From Candidatus Poribacteria bacterium (GTDB lineage: Bacteria > Poribacteria > WGA-4E > PCPOR2b), in the NCBI GenBank assembly GCA_965208325.1, contig OZ242326.1:576001-640000 (forward strand): a stretch of 64,000 nucleotides of DNA, given 5' to 3'. The notes under the pieces were generated by a model. That model searched no databases and had not been told where the DNA came from. It saw only the letters and a program-made list of their open reading frames with translations. A program made the translations under genes and the position numbers. This document shows, one piece after another, positions 41,873 to 50,956 of this stretch. Position 1 is the stretch's first letter; each line of letters begins with the position of its first letter.

Positions 41873-43354
41873 CTACTCAACCATGCGAATCTTGGCGGCT
41901 TCTGGCGCACGCGTCGGCAAGTTCTGCTTCGCCAGTTGGTTTTCCGGAATATATCCGGTGTAATCAGGTATTCGACCGTGCGTCAATGAGTAAACAGCAA
42001 CGTTGGTCATAAACCGATATACGCCTGGCGAATAGTGGACGGACCGCGTCGGCAGGCTGACTGCCTCCATGGCGCACATGTAATCTCGCCGCACGACTAG
42101 CACCGAAAGCTTTTCACCAATTGAGATTCCTTCCAAGAAATTCCGCCTGGGCGGCGGTTGGGTGCCGAACCAGAAGATGTCAAATCCAACAGGCGGGCCG
42201 CCCATTTCATAGAAGTTATTATATAGCTCGTGGTCGTTAGGAATACGCCCAACCTGATGTTCAGGCATGACATAGCGCATCTGAGCGAGGAAAACGCGAG
42301 TAAATCCACGGTCGGCGGCATTTACGCCGCAATCGTCAAAGACGAGCAGGCCGCCTCTCTCCACAAGGTAACGCCGCAGTCCAACCGCTTCCGGTTCCGT
42401 GAGTCTGCTGTTCAGCGTTGAACCGTAACCGCCCTTTTGAGCGAGTCCACGGGAACGAGCGAGGGCAGGGTCATGTCCTGTAAAAAATGCCAGCGGGGTT
42501 TTTTGTAGGGCAGCGTCCGTCAATTTTACCGCACCGCCTTCAACGTTCATGTCAGTCTTTATATGGGTGCGCTCGTTCAACCATTTCGTCAGCGCATTCA
42601 GCGATGACGCATCCGCCCACCAATCAGACAAGTTATGACGGATTCGGGTAAAACGGAATACGCCTCGAATGTCGCGTCCCTTACCGATGACTGTACCCCC
42701 AGGCTCACCCCTCGGCAGCGGCGGAACGTCATCATTGCCGAGTGTGATGCTTTCAACTACATCCTCCAGGGCATCGCGAGTAGCACCAACATGTTCCACC
42801 ATCGCCAACCCGGGCGGACGTTGAGGACCAAATGGCGCCTGAACCGTACCGGGAGCAATTCCACGTCCAATCGCTGACGTCCCAGCGCTCGGTGCAGATG
42901 CAACGGGGCCGGAAAACGCCAATACGCCCGGCGCATCAGAAACCGGCAAATCAGCATGGGTCATTGCTCGCGGAACCGGCACGTTCGGGTTGACGAATTT
43001 GGGGACGTTTGGATCTATTGGTTGGTTCAACCTGACGAATTTGTTCGAAAATTCGAGCGCCGTTTGGGGCTCGAAGGTAGCGGTACGTACCACTGCAGCG
43101 GTTGTGACTCTTGGTTGGACCTGAACTTGCGCAACGAAAACGGTGTTATCCGTCGGAGTTGCAGGTCTTACCACTCTCCTAGGGGGTATACGCGGTTTGA
43201 GTTTAGGCGGATCTGCTGGATTCAGTATTTCCGCACTGACCAAGTCTTTGAACTGCGGGGTTTGTGTGACGAGATAAACTCCTAGAATCAGAACAGCGAC
43301 TCCATGAAGAATCATCGACGTCATCAAAGCGCGTGAGGTTTTCTTGGCAGACAT
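41873..43354 (-). CDS. DUF4159 domain protein with N-terminal membrane anchor and Pro-rich linker
   Basis: SMILHG..TM helix; C-terminal FTGH, E...LRRYL.ERGG.LVFDDC, HELYN.FY, LEGI. Confidence 0.75.
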   Translation of the reverse strand: MSAKKTSRALMTSMILHGVAVLILGVYLVTQTPQFKDLVSAEILNPADPPKLKPRIPPRRVVRPATPTDNTVFVAQVQVQPRVTTAAVVRTATFEPQTALEFSNKFVRLNQPIDPNVPKFVNPNVPVPRAMTHADLPVSDAPGVLAFSGPVASAPSAGTSAIGRGIAPGTVQAPFGPQRPPGLAMVEHVGATRDALEDVVESITLGNDDVPPLPRGEPGGTVIGKGRDIRGVFRFTRIRHNLSDWWADASSLNALTKWLNERTHIKTDMNVEGGAVKLTDAALQKTPLAFFTGHDPALARSRGLAQKGGYGSTLNSRLTEPEAVGLRRYLVERGGLLVFDDCGVNAADRGFTRVFLAQMRYVMPEHQVGRIPNDHELYNNFYEMGGPPVGFDIFWFGTQPPPRRNFLEGISIGEKLSVLVVRRDYMCAMEAVSLPTRSVHYSPGVYRFMTNVAVYSLTHGRIPDYTGYIPENQLAKQNLPTRAPEAAKIRMVE

Positions 43355-43449
43355 TTTTTTTCCCTCCAAAGTCAACATGCGGTGTTATGGTAGCTAAGTC
43401 TTCTCCCGCCGCGCCATCTAAGGAATTGCGCGACGTAATTTGCAGTATG

Positions 43450-43465
43450 AGCAATTTATATGCCA
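43450..43465 (-). promoter_or_regulatory. sigma54 (-24/-12) promoter for the DUF4159 gene
   Basis: Minus strand reads TGGCATATAAATTGCT, giving exact GG-N10-GC spacing about 95 nt before the ATG. Confidence 0.6.
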
Positions 43466-44011
43466 TAATTGCATTTCAGGGTGCAAATTTACCAATTGCC
43501 CATGCGCATGCGGGGTACGCGATGGAAGATCGGAATTAGTCCAGCCCGCTCCATGACTGCGTTTCGGCGGTCGATCTGACTTTTTTGCCGTGCACTGCAT
43601 ACGAATATAAAAACTTCCGACTTATGGCGCTAACTGTTTTTAAACACCGGCGAAGACTGTACATTTCTGCGCTAAACGGTTAATCCGCTTTTTCAGTTTG
43701 CACCAGACGGTGCAACCATTAGCTGTATTGAGAATTGAAAACTTGACGTTATTGATACCGGTGTGCCCGTTAGAAAATTAGGAATTTGGGCTACAATTAC
43801 ATCAATTAAAATATCCAGTACGTCAAGCCACAATCGCGTTCATTCCAATGCCTGTGTTCATTCGCTGCAGACACAAAAAGGCTTGACACGAACCTTGTGT
43901 CATGATAAATTTGGTCGGTTGTTTTACTCGATTGAATTGCCAAAAAAAAATTTCTATACTTGCCTATAAATATTAGAGGGTGTTGGCATTTATGTAAAGT
44001 TGCCTGTATTC

Positions 44012-44260
44012 GTAGGGGCGAGGTCACCTCGCCCATTGACCAAAAGGGCAGGCAATTCTCAACCATGCGGGTTAAGTGGATTGTACGCCAAAAATCACAT
44101 CTTGACAAAAACAAACAAGTGAGTTGCACCATAGTCTTGGCTCAATTAAGCCGGCGTGTTGCAGTATATTCTAGAGTTTTGCCGATTTTGGTCAAACAAC
44201 CTACACCAGTCAGAAATCGTGTCTTATTGTGAATAAAGGGTTGGGGGACCCAACCCCTAC
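44012..44260. repeat. pair of inward-facing GTAG-type REP-like palindromes
   Basis: GTAGGGGCGAGG-TCA-CCTCGCCC (44012-34) and GGGTTGGG-GGA-CCCAACCCCTAC (44238-60). Confidence 0.65.
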
Positions 44261-44609
44261 GAAGGATCATGTGCCTGTGCGCCGCTCCTGATTGTTCGGT
44301 TGCGATGAAATGTCAACAGAACCTAGTAAACTGTTGCGCGAAATTAACGGCGCAACCAAAATTGTGTCTTTCGCCCCCAGCCTTTAGCCTACGAGCGTCG
44401 AAAATATGGACTTCGGGAGTAAATCAATTGGCAATCCTAAATTTTGAATTGCACAGGATGCAATTTAAGTCAGATTTTTAACGTGGACGCTTAACACATA
44501 ATATTTACCGGCAATCGAAATGTATTCTCAAAAAAACCGTACTTAGAACCAAATGGGACGATGACGGATATTATTTTGTATTGATGGAATTTGACAGGAG
44601 GTTTATTCA

Positions 44610-45578
44610 GTGAATGTGCTAATTCTCCCTTCCCCGCCGCAGTTGCATTATTGGTGTGACGGCGTTGTTACAGCGTTAGACGACAGGTATCCGATCAGGC
44701 ATTTTGATCCGACGCAGGCGGCAGCTGACCAATTTAGAGACATTGACGTCGTCGTGGAGTGTGCCGGCTGTACGCGGGAAATGGTTGATGCAGCAGTAGA
44801 TGCTGGCGTAAAATTGTGGCAGGTCATGGCGGTTGGACTAAATGCCTGGGATGTGAACTACTTCTTGGAAAAGGGCATGCCGTTTGCGAACACGCCTGGG
44901 CCTTTTAGCGCGGTCGCTCTGGCGGAACATGCTTTATCATTGATGTTCTTGATCGCCAAAAACTACACGGCAGCGCAAGAAAATGTCCGATCGGAAAATT
45001 TCAGTCTGCCGGTGAACGACGAGTTAGCGGGAAAAACGCTAGGCTTGGTTGGGTTGGGTGCAAGCGGGCGTGAACTCGCAAAGCGCGCCCATGCGCTGGG
45101 CATGCGGTTGGCGGCTATTGATATCGTTGATGTTTCTCAGGAAATTCGAGACGAATTGCACTTGGAGTTCTTTGGCAATCCGAGCCGGTTGGACCACCTG
45201 TTGAGCGAGGCAGATTACTTATCAATCCACACGCCGCTTACCTCAAAGACGCGGCATCTAATCGACCGGCGCGCATTAGAAATAATGAAACCGACCGCGG
45301 CGTTGATAAACATTGCACGCGGAGGAATCGTGGATGAGCCGGCTTTAATTGAGGCGTTAGAAACAGGTCAGATTCGGGCTGCCGGCCTGGACGTGTTTGC
45401 TCATGAACCGCTGTTATCCAGCCACCCTTTCCAACAGATGAAAAACGTGTTTTGCACGCCCCACATCGCCGGCGTAACTAAGGAGACTGTTCAACGGCGG
45501 GCGGAATTAGTGGTTGAGAACATCGATCGGGTGGCTAAAGGTTTGACGCCGCTGCATCTCGTTACATCTGCCGAATAG
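44610..45578 (+). CDS. D-isomer-specific 2-hydroxyacid dehydrogenase
   Basis: GLVGLGASG, H.PLT..T, INIARG, GLDVFAHEP, TPHIAG; AGGAGG RBS. Confidence 0.93.
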   Translation: MNVLILPSPPQLHYWCDGVVTALDDRYPIRHFDPTQAAADQFRDIDVVVECAGCTREMVDAAVDAGVKLWQVMAVGLNAWDVNYFLEKGMPFANTPGPFSAVALAEHALSLMFLIAKNYTAAQENVRSENFSLPVNDELAGKTLGLVGLGASGRELAKRAHALGMRLAAIDIVDVSQEIRDELHLEFFGNPSRLDHLLSEADYLSIHTPLTSKTRHLIDRRALEIMKPTAALINIARGGIVDEPALIEALETGQIRAAGLDVFAHEPLLSSHPFQQMKNVFCTPHIAGVTKETVQRRAELVVENIDRVAKGLTPLHLVTSAE

Positions 45579-45717
45579 TCAGCGACGCACTGCACAGAAT
45601 TTTCCTCGCTTTTGCCGCTGAACCGCCCATTTCGGCGGATAAACTTCAACCCTGTATCGGCATGAATGCACCCTTCTCGCAACATCATCCCGCATATTGC
45701 GTGGATGACGTACCGTT

Positions 45718-46782
45718 TTGGAGGAAAATCTATTGAAGTATTTGTCTGCTTCCCAGCTACAACAGATTAGCACAAAGATTTTGGATGCAGCCGGTTCGCC
45801 GCATGAAGAATCCGTTATCGTAAGCAAAGCGCTTGTCCGCTCAAACTTAATGGGGCACGATTCTCACGGCGTATTGCGTATCGCACAGTACGTCGGGGAT
45901 ATTCGGAACGGCGAGATTTTACCGGGGGCACCGATTGAAATTGAGCGAGAAATGGACGCTTCTGCCGTGATAAACGGCAACTCAGGATGGGGCATGGTGG
46001 TTGCCCAGAAGGCGATGCAGCTTGCGATCGACAAGGCGCGCAGGTGTTCGATTGGTACGGTGGTCGTGCGCGGAAGCCATCACGTAGGCCGCGTGGGAGA
46101 GTATCCCGCTATGGCGGCTGCGGCACAGATGATCGGTATGGCTGCCATCAACTCATACGGAACCCCCGGTATGATGGCGCCGTGGGGAGGAATCGATCGG
46201 CGGCTTTCCCCAAATCCGCTAGCATTCGCTATGCCGAGTGGGGAAGAGTGGCCTGTGCTTGTAGATCTCACTACATCGGTTGTGCCGGAAGGCAAAGTTC
46301 GCGCCGCCCAATACGCGGGCGAATCCTTGCCGGAAGGGTGTATCATTGATTCCGAAGGAAATCCAACCACAGACCCCAACGCTTTCTACGGTCCGCCAAC
46401 TGGCGCGATCTTGCCATTGGGCGGCGTCATGGGACACAAGGGCTACGGGTTGGGCATCGTCGCCACCTTGCTGGCAGGAGCGTTGTCAGGCGTAGGTTGT
46501 AACGGACCAGAGGCGCCAATGAAGGGCAATGGGATATTCTTTCAGGCAATTAACATCGACGCCTTCCTACCGCTAGAGGAGTTCATCCAAACGGTTCAAG
46601 GGCAAATCGAATGGATGAAGTCGTCTCGACGGAGGCATGGTGTGGATGAAATTCTTTTTCCCGGCGAGCCGGAGTTTCGGACGGCACAGCGACGCGAATC
46701 GGACGGCATTCCGGTTGAGGACGCCGTTTGGGAAGAAATGGTTGAAACAGCAGCAAGTCTAGGGCTGGAAATTGCGGAATGA
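45718..46782 (+). CDS. Ldh_2 family oxidoreductase (paralogue of 11843-12889)
   Basis: GHDSHG, HVGRVG, NPLAF, HKGYGL, PGEPE. Confidence 0.92.
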   Translation: MEENLLKYLSASQLQQISTKILDAAGSPHEESVIVSKALVRSNLMGHDSHGVLRIAQYVGDIRNGEILPGAPIEIEREMDASAVINGNSGWGMVVAQKAMQLAIDKARRCSIGTVVVRGSHHVGRVGEYPAMAAAAQMIGMAAINSYGTPGMMAPWGGIDRRLSPNPLAFAMPSGEEWPVLVDLTTSVVPEGKVRAAQYAGESLPEGCIIDSEGNPTTDPNAFYGPPTGAILPLGGVMGHKGYGLGIVATLLAGALSGVGCNGPEAPMKGNGIFFQAINIDAFLPLEEFIQTVQGQIEWMKSSRRRHGVDEILFPGEPEFRTAQRRESDGIPVEDAVWEEMVETAASLGLEIAE

Positions 46783-46796
46783 GGACAAGAAAGAGA

Positions 46797-46883
46797 GTCT
46801 TCTCTCTTGGCAAGGGGGAGTTAGGGGTGGTCAGAGTTTTCCGAATTAACCTCCCCTAGCCCCTCCTTATTAAGGAGGGGAAT
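46797..46883. repeat. CCCCTCCTT-N3-AAGGAGGGG palindromic element
   Basis: Same family as 62809-62891, 63292-63362 and about 63845-63872. Confidence 0.75.
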
Positions 46884-46913
46884 AAAAGCTCGCAAAACGG
46901 ACGTTTTTCTGCT

Positions 46914-47327
46914 GTCGAGAGGTTTGAAAAGCGTTGGGTTTCGCTACATACATACAGGTCTTGCACTCAATCGGCAAACTAGACTCATGCTGGATAGCTT
47001 ACATTTTTCATGGAACCCGCTCTACCCAACCTACAAAACTATAAAAACTATCGCCTTCCCTAATCGGTCAGTTGATCCTCCATGGCAGGGAGGGGAATAA
47101 GAACAAAAGAACTTCCCACAGCGTACAACGTTGTCGGGTAGTCGAGAGGTTTGAAAAGCGTTGGGTTTCGCTTCAAGCTTACAAATCTCGAACTAAATCG
47201 GCAAACTAGACTCATGCTGGATAGCTTACATCTTTCATGGAACCCGCTCTACCCAACCTACAAAACTATAAAAACTATCGCCTTCCCTATTCGGTCAGTT
47301 GATCCTCCTTGGTAAGGAGGGGGATAA
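46914..47327. repeat. two tandem copies (period about 227 bp) of a composite REP-containing repeat
   Basis: GTCGAGAGGTTTGAAAAGCGTTGGGTTTCGCT at 46914 and 47141, each followed by near-identical ...GCTCTACCCAACCTACAAAACTATAAAAACTATCGCC... Confidence 0.9.
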
Positions 47328-47389
47328 ACACAACCGCCCGGATTTTATTGCTCAGCCTAAATTACGGCGTTTTAACGGATTGCGTACGC

Positions 47390-49147
47390 CTACGATTCAA
47401 CGACGGACGCCAATACCTCATTTAACAGCCCTTCGTTTTTCCGCTCCAATGCCAGCAATTCCGCGGCGATTTCATCAAGAGACCGAAGCGGCGTGTATTT
47501 GTAGAAATAACGATTGAAGTTGATTTCGTAGCCGACCTTGTCCTTCTTCCTGTCCAGCCAACTGTCCGGCAGATGCGGTTTGACCTCCCGCTGGTAGTAA
47601 TCTTCGATGTCCTCACTGAGCGGTACCCGCTCGTAGTCTCGCCGTTTAGAATCGGGTTTAGGATTGCCCTTCTTGTCTCTGACGACCACCTGCTTCTCCT
47701 CGCCCTGATTTTTCTTCGTTTCGACCAGCGGCCGCTCAACCGTGACTTTGGTGTAGCCGAAGAACCCGTTCTCGTAGATTTTGCAGTGTTCGTTCTCCTC
47801 GAAATTGGCGTAGAGCGCCGCCAAACGACGGATATGTTCGTCAGAGATGAAAACGCTCTTGTCGCCCAGGTTTCGTTTCATCTTGTCGAAAAAACTCGCA
47901 CCGTTAATGAGTTGTATCATGCCGTGCCGTTTCTCTGATTTTTGGTTCGTCAATATCCAGATGTAGGTTGCGATACTAGTGTTGAAGAACAGCTTGTCGG
48001 GCAGCGCAACAATGCATTCCAGCCAGTCGTTCTCAATAATCCAGCGTCGAATTTCGCTCTCGCCGCTGCCGGCATCGCCTGTGAATAGCGGAGAACCATT
48101 AAAGACAATGCCGATCCGGCTGCCGCGGAATTCCATCTTGGAGAGCATGTGCTGCAGAAATAGCAACGCTCCGTCAGAGGTGCGCGGCGTACCAACAGCG
48201 AACCTGCCGCTTGGGTTCTCGGCGTCCGCTTTAACCGCCCCTTCCTCGGACTTCCAACTGACGCCGAACGGCGGATTCGTAATCATATAGTCGAAGCGCT
48301 GCGCTTGAAATTTGTCAGCCGATAGCGAGGAGCCGAGTCGAATTGAATCCGGATCCTCGCCGGTAATCAGCATGTCCGATTTGCAGATAGCGTAGGTCTG
48401 CGCATTCAGTTCTTGACCGAGCAGGCGAAGTTCGGCTGAGCGGTTGATATGTTCTAGGAAATATTCTTTGCCGATGGTCAACATGCCGCCCGTTCCGCAG
48501 CACGGATCGAAGATGCTCCGGACAACGCCCTGTCCCTGCAAATTCTCGCGGTGTTCGGCGAATAGCAGCGAGACCAGCAGCCGTACGACGTCACGCGGCG
48601 TGTAGTGTTCCCCGCTGGTTTCGTTGGACATCTCTGAGAATCGGCGGAGCAACTCCTCAAACACCTGACCCATGATGTGGTTGTCCACTTTGTTGGGGTG
48701 CAAGTCCACTTCAGTGAATTTGCTGCAGAAGATGAACAGCCGATCGTTCCGGTCCAACCGTTCAATAAACCGGTCTAGGTTGAAGTTTTCGATGATGTCC
48801 CGTACATCCGCACTGAATCCGTTCAGGTAATTCTGGAAGTTATGGCGTATGTTGACAGGTTCATCTTTCAGCCGCGCCAGGTCGTATTGGGAGGTGTTGT
48901 AGAATTGGGTGCCGGTGGCTTTCAAGATAATTGGCGGCAGCCTGTCTTCGGACACCTTGTCCTTGAATTGGTTGTAGGCGTTGATGGCTCTCTTTTTTCG
49001 TTCGCCTTCCTCCAAGATGCAGTCCAACCGCCGCAGCACCAGAAACGGCAGCGTCACATCGCCGTATTCGTGCGGCTTGAACAATCCGCGCAGCACATCG
49101 TCGGCAACATTCCAAACCAAATTTGCGAGTTCTTGATAGTTTGCCAT
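47390..49147 (-). CDS. hsdM: type I restriction-modification methyltransferase subunit
   Basis: GEHYTPRDVV, DPCCGTGGM, NPPF, FNGSPLF, LF.NT.I.TYIW. Confidence 0.96.
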   Translation of the reverse strand: MANYQELANLVWNVADDVLRGLFKPHEYGDVTLPFLVLRRLDCILEEGERKKRAINAYNQFKDKVSEDRLPPIILKATGTQFYNTSQYDLARLKDEPVNIRHNFQNYLNGFSADVRDIIENFNLDRFIERLDRNDRLFIFCSKFTEVDLHPNKVDNHIMGQVFEELLRRFSEMSNETSGEHYTPRDVVRLLVSLLFAEHRENLQGQGVVRSIFDPCCGTGGMLTIGKEYFLEHINRSAELRLLGQELNAQTYAICKSDMLITGEDPDSIRLGSSLSADKFQAQRFDYMITNPPFGVSWKSEEGAVKADAENPSGRFAVGTPRTSDGALLFLQHMLSKMEFRGSRIGIVFNGSPLFTGDAGSGESEIRRWIIENDWLECIVALPDKLFFNTSIATYIWILTNQKSEKRHGMIQLINGASFFDKMKRNLGDKSVFISDEHIRRLAALYANFEENEHCKIYENGFFGYTKVTVERPLVETKKNQGEEKQVVVRDKKGNPKPDSKRRDYERVPLSEDIEDYYQREVKPHLPDSWLDRKKDKVGYEINFNRYFYKYTPLRSLDEIAAELLALERKNEGLLNEVLASVVES

Positions 49148-49374
49148 ACTACTCCTATTTTATTAGAGTGAATTCTATTTCTCCTCATTGATAAGTCGGG
49201 GCTAGAGGAGGTGACTCAACTTCCGGAACTTTACTTTCAAATTTGGACGCGACAGGGAGTTCTCTGAGTTATAGGGCTTGACATCGCCATAAGGGATTTG
49301 ATATCCTTTGATATCCAAGCCTTAAGATGATTACATAGACAATTTATGCCGCATGGAAATGGAGTGAGACTGAT

Positions 49375-50367
49375 TTGCCACGAATCACACAGAAATCGTC
49401 AAAGACCGGCCAAAGATGGCTCATCTACCTTGTAGAAGACGTCAGCATGTTGCGGTACATTGCGGGCTTCATCTTAGCTGTTATCTTCTTTGGTCTTTCC
49501 TATGCTCTACTTACACCATCAGGTCACGGCATTGGACGAAATCTCGAACCAATTCCCGGTAACACATTTTGGGACACATTCTTGACCGGCATATACTTTA
49601 GCGTCGTCACAATTTCCTCGTTGGGATACGGTCACATGCATCCGATGGGACTCTCGAAGGCACTAGCCTCCGTAGAAGTCCTCATAGGTCTCGCAGTGAT
49701 AGGTATAATGATTGCTAAAGTGACTTCGCAACGCTTGTCATACCACGTATCACGTCTGTTTAGTTCCGATGCTCAAAAACGGCTTGAAGATATCGCCGAA
49801 AAATTTAAGGCATCAGAAGCCAATCTTAAGGCAATTATGCCGAAACTAGTGGGTGCCTACCAAAGTACCCCAGGTCAGGCTACTCAACCCGCCGAAAACA
49901 AAAGCAAATTAATTTCTGACTTCCGAAGGATCATCGGCGACCTCAATTCAGAATGCGTTAAGTTGCGTGATTATTTTTCAAGCGAAATTGAACAGGGCAA
50001 ATACTTCCAGAGCGTGCCGGTCACTGCTGTAACACAGGTCGGTAATGCAGTTGATGAGCCATTTTGGATTCTGGGCCAACTCATCAAGAGTTTGCCACCG
50101 CAATCAACGTTGGAAATTTTTGATTTGTACAATAGAAAGGCGGTATCCGAAGCGATCTCCTCCCAAAAAAAGGTGTGCGACTTGGTAAATAACTATGCAA
50201 CTGAGCAGGGCACCCGCGATGCATTCCAGCGTATTAAGGAGCACTGTGATGGAATTCCCACAAGTTACTTCGCGGTTCCAGAATCACAACCCGACCAAGC
50301 GCCTCAAGATACTGACGAACCTCAGGGATCAACAGGGATGGGCAATCAAGAAACAAATATTTCATAA
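49375..50367 (+). CDS. 2-TM potassium-channel-like protein (Ion_trans_2) with uncharacterised C-terminal domain
   Basis: TM1, pore YFSVVTISSLGYGHMHP, TM2 A..E.LIG; alternative start 49447. Confidence 0.8.
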   Translation: MPRITQKSSKTGQRWLIYLVEDVSMLRYIAGFILAVIFFGLSYALLTPSGHGIGRNLEPIPGNTFWDTFLTGIYFSVVTISSLGYGHMHPMGLSKALASVEVLIGLAVIGIMIAKVTSQRLSYHVSRLFSSDAQKRLEDIAEKFKASEANLKAIMPKLVGAYQSTPGQATQPAENKSKLISDFRRIIGDLNSECVKLRDYFSSEIEQGKYFQSVPVTAVTQVGNAVDEPFWILGQLIKSLPPQSTLEIFDLYNRKAVSEAISSQKKVCDLVNNYATEQGTRDAFQRIKEHCDGIPTSYFAVPESQPDQAPQDTDEPQGSTGMGNQETNIS

Positions 50368-50399
50368 GAATTAGCAATCACAGTAGGTGGAGGTCTAAA

Positions 50400-50756
50400 A
50401 TGCAATTAAAGTGGATTCAGTGTCAGGGCGATGTATGGTGCAAGCTCAATGCGGTAAATTTGGACCATGAGCATTTCAACAATATGCATGGAGTCTATGT
50501 AATATGGCACGGGGGTACGGACCCCAAAGTAGTTTACGTGGGCCAGGGAATCATCAAGGATCGTATAATTGAACACCGGACGGATCCACAGATTCAAGCT
50601 TATGCTGATCTAGATCTCTATGTGACTTGGGCAGCAGTGCCCAAGGAGTACCGTGCCGCCGTAGAGTCTTACTTAGCCAACACATGGAGCCCAATAGTAA
50701 GTTTACGCCATCCGCAAACGTCTCCTCCTATGCAAGTAAATTCGCCATGGAAGTAA
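50400..50756 (+). CDS. small GIY-YIG-like nuclease-fold protein
   Basis: GVYVIW...VVYVGQG.IKDRI.EH...E..L motif order; GGAGG RBS. Confidence 0.65.
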   Translation: MQLKWIQCQGDVWCKLNAVNLDHEHFNNMHGVYVIWHGGTDPKVVYVGQGIIKDRIIEHRTDPQIQAYADLDLYVTWAAVPKEYRAAVESYLANTWSPIVSLRHPQTSPPMQVNSPWK

Positions 50757-50821
50757 TTAGGTATTTGCGACTGGACGGCTTTGGCCATGGTCAGCATAAG
50801 TTCTGATGCAACGCCTGCTCT

Positions 50822-50951
50822 TGTAGGTTGGGTTAAGCGGGTCCACGAAACCCAATCTACAATCCTACACCCACCCAGTGCTGAAAAGTCCGGAATTGGA
50901 ATTCCCGCCTACAAGCATAATGCTGTAGGAACGATCTCCGAATCGCGACAC
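50822..50951. repeat. cluster of REP-like palindromes between convergent genes
   Basis: TGTAGGTTGGGTT...AACCCAATCTACA; GGAATTGGAATTCCCGCCTACA; TGTAGGAACGATCTCCGAATCGCGAC (echoed at 63401-63462). Confidence 0.65.
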
Positions 50952-50956
50952 ACACG

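Noticed and set aside
46914..47327. Tandem repeats as a CRISPR array
   Set aside because: The unit is about 227 bp and nearly fully repeated, there are no unique spacers, and no cas genes are present
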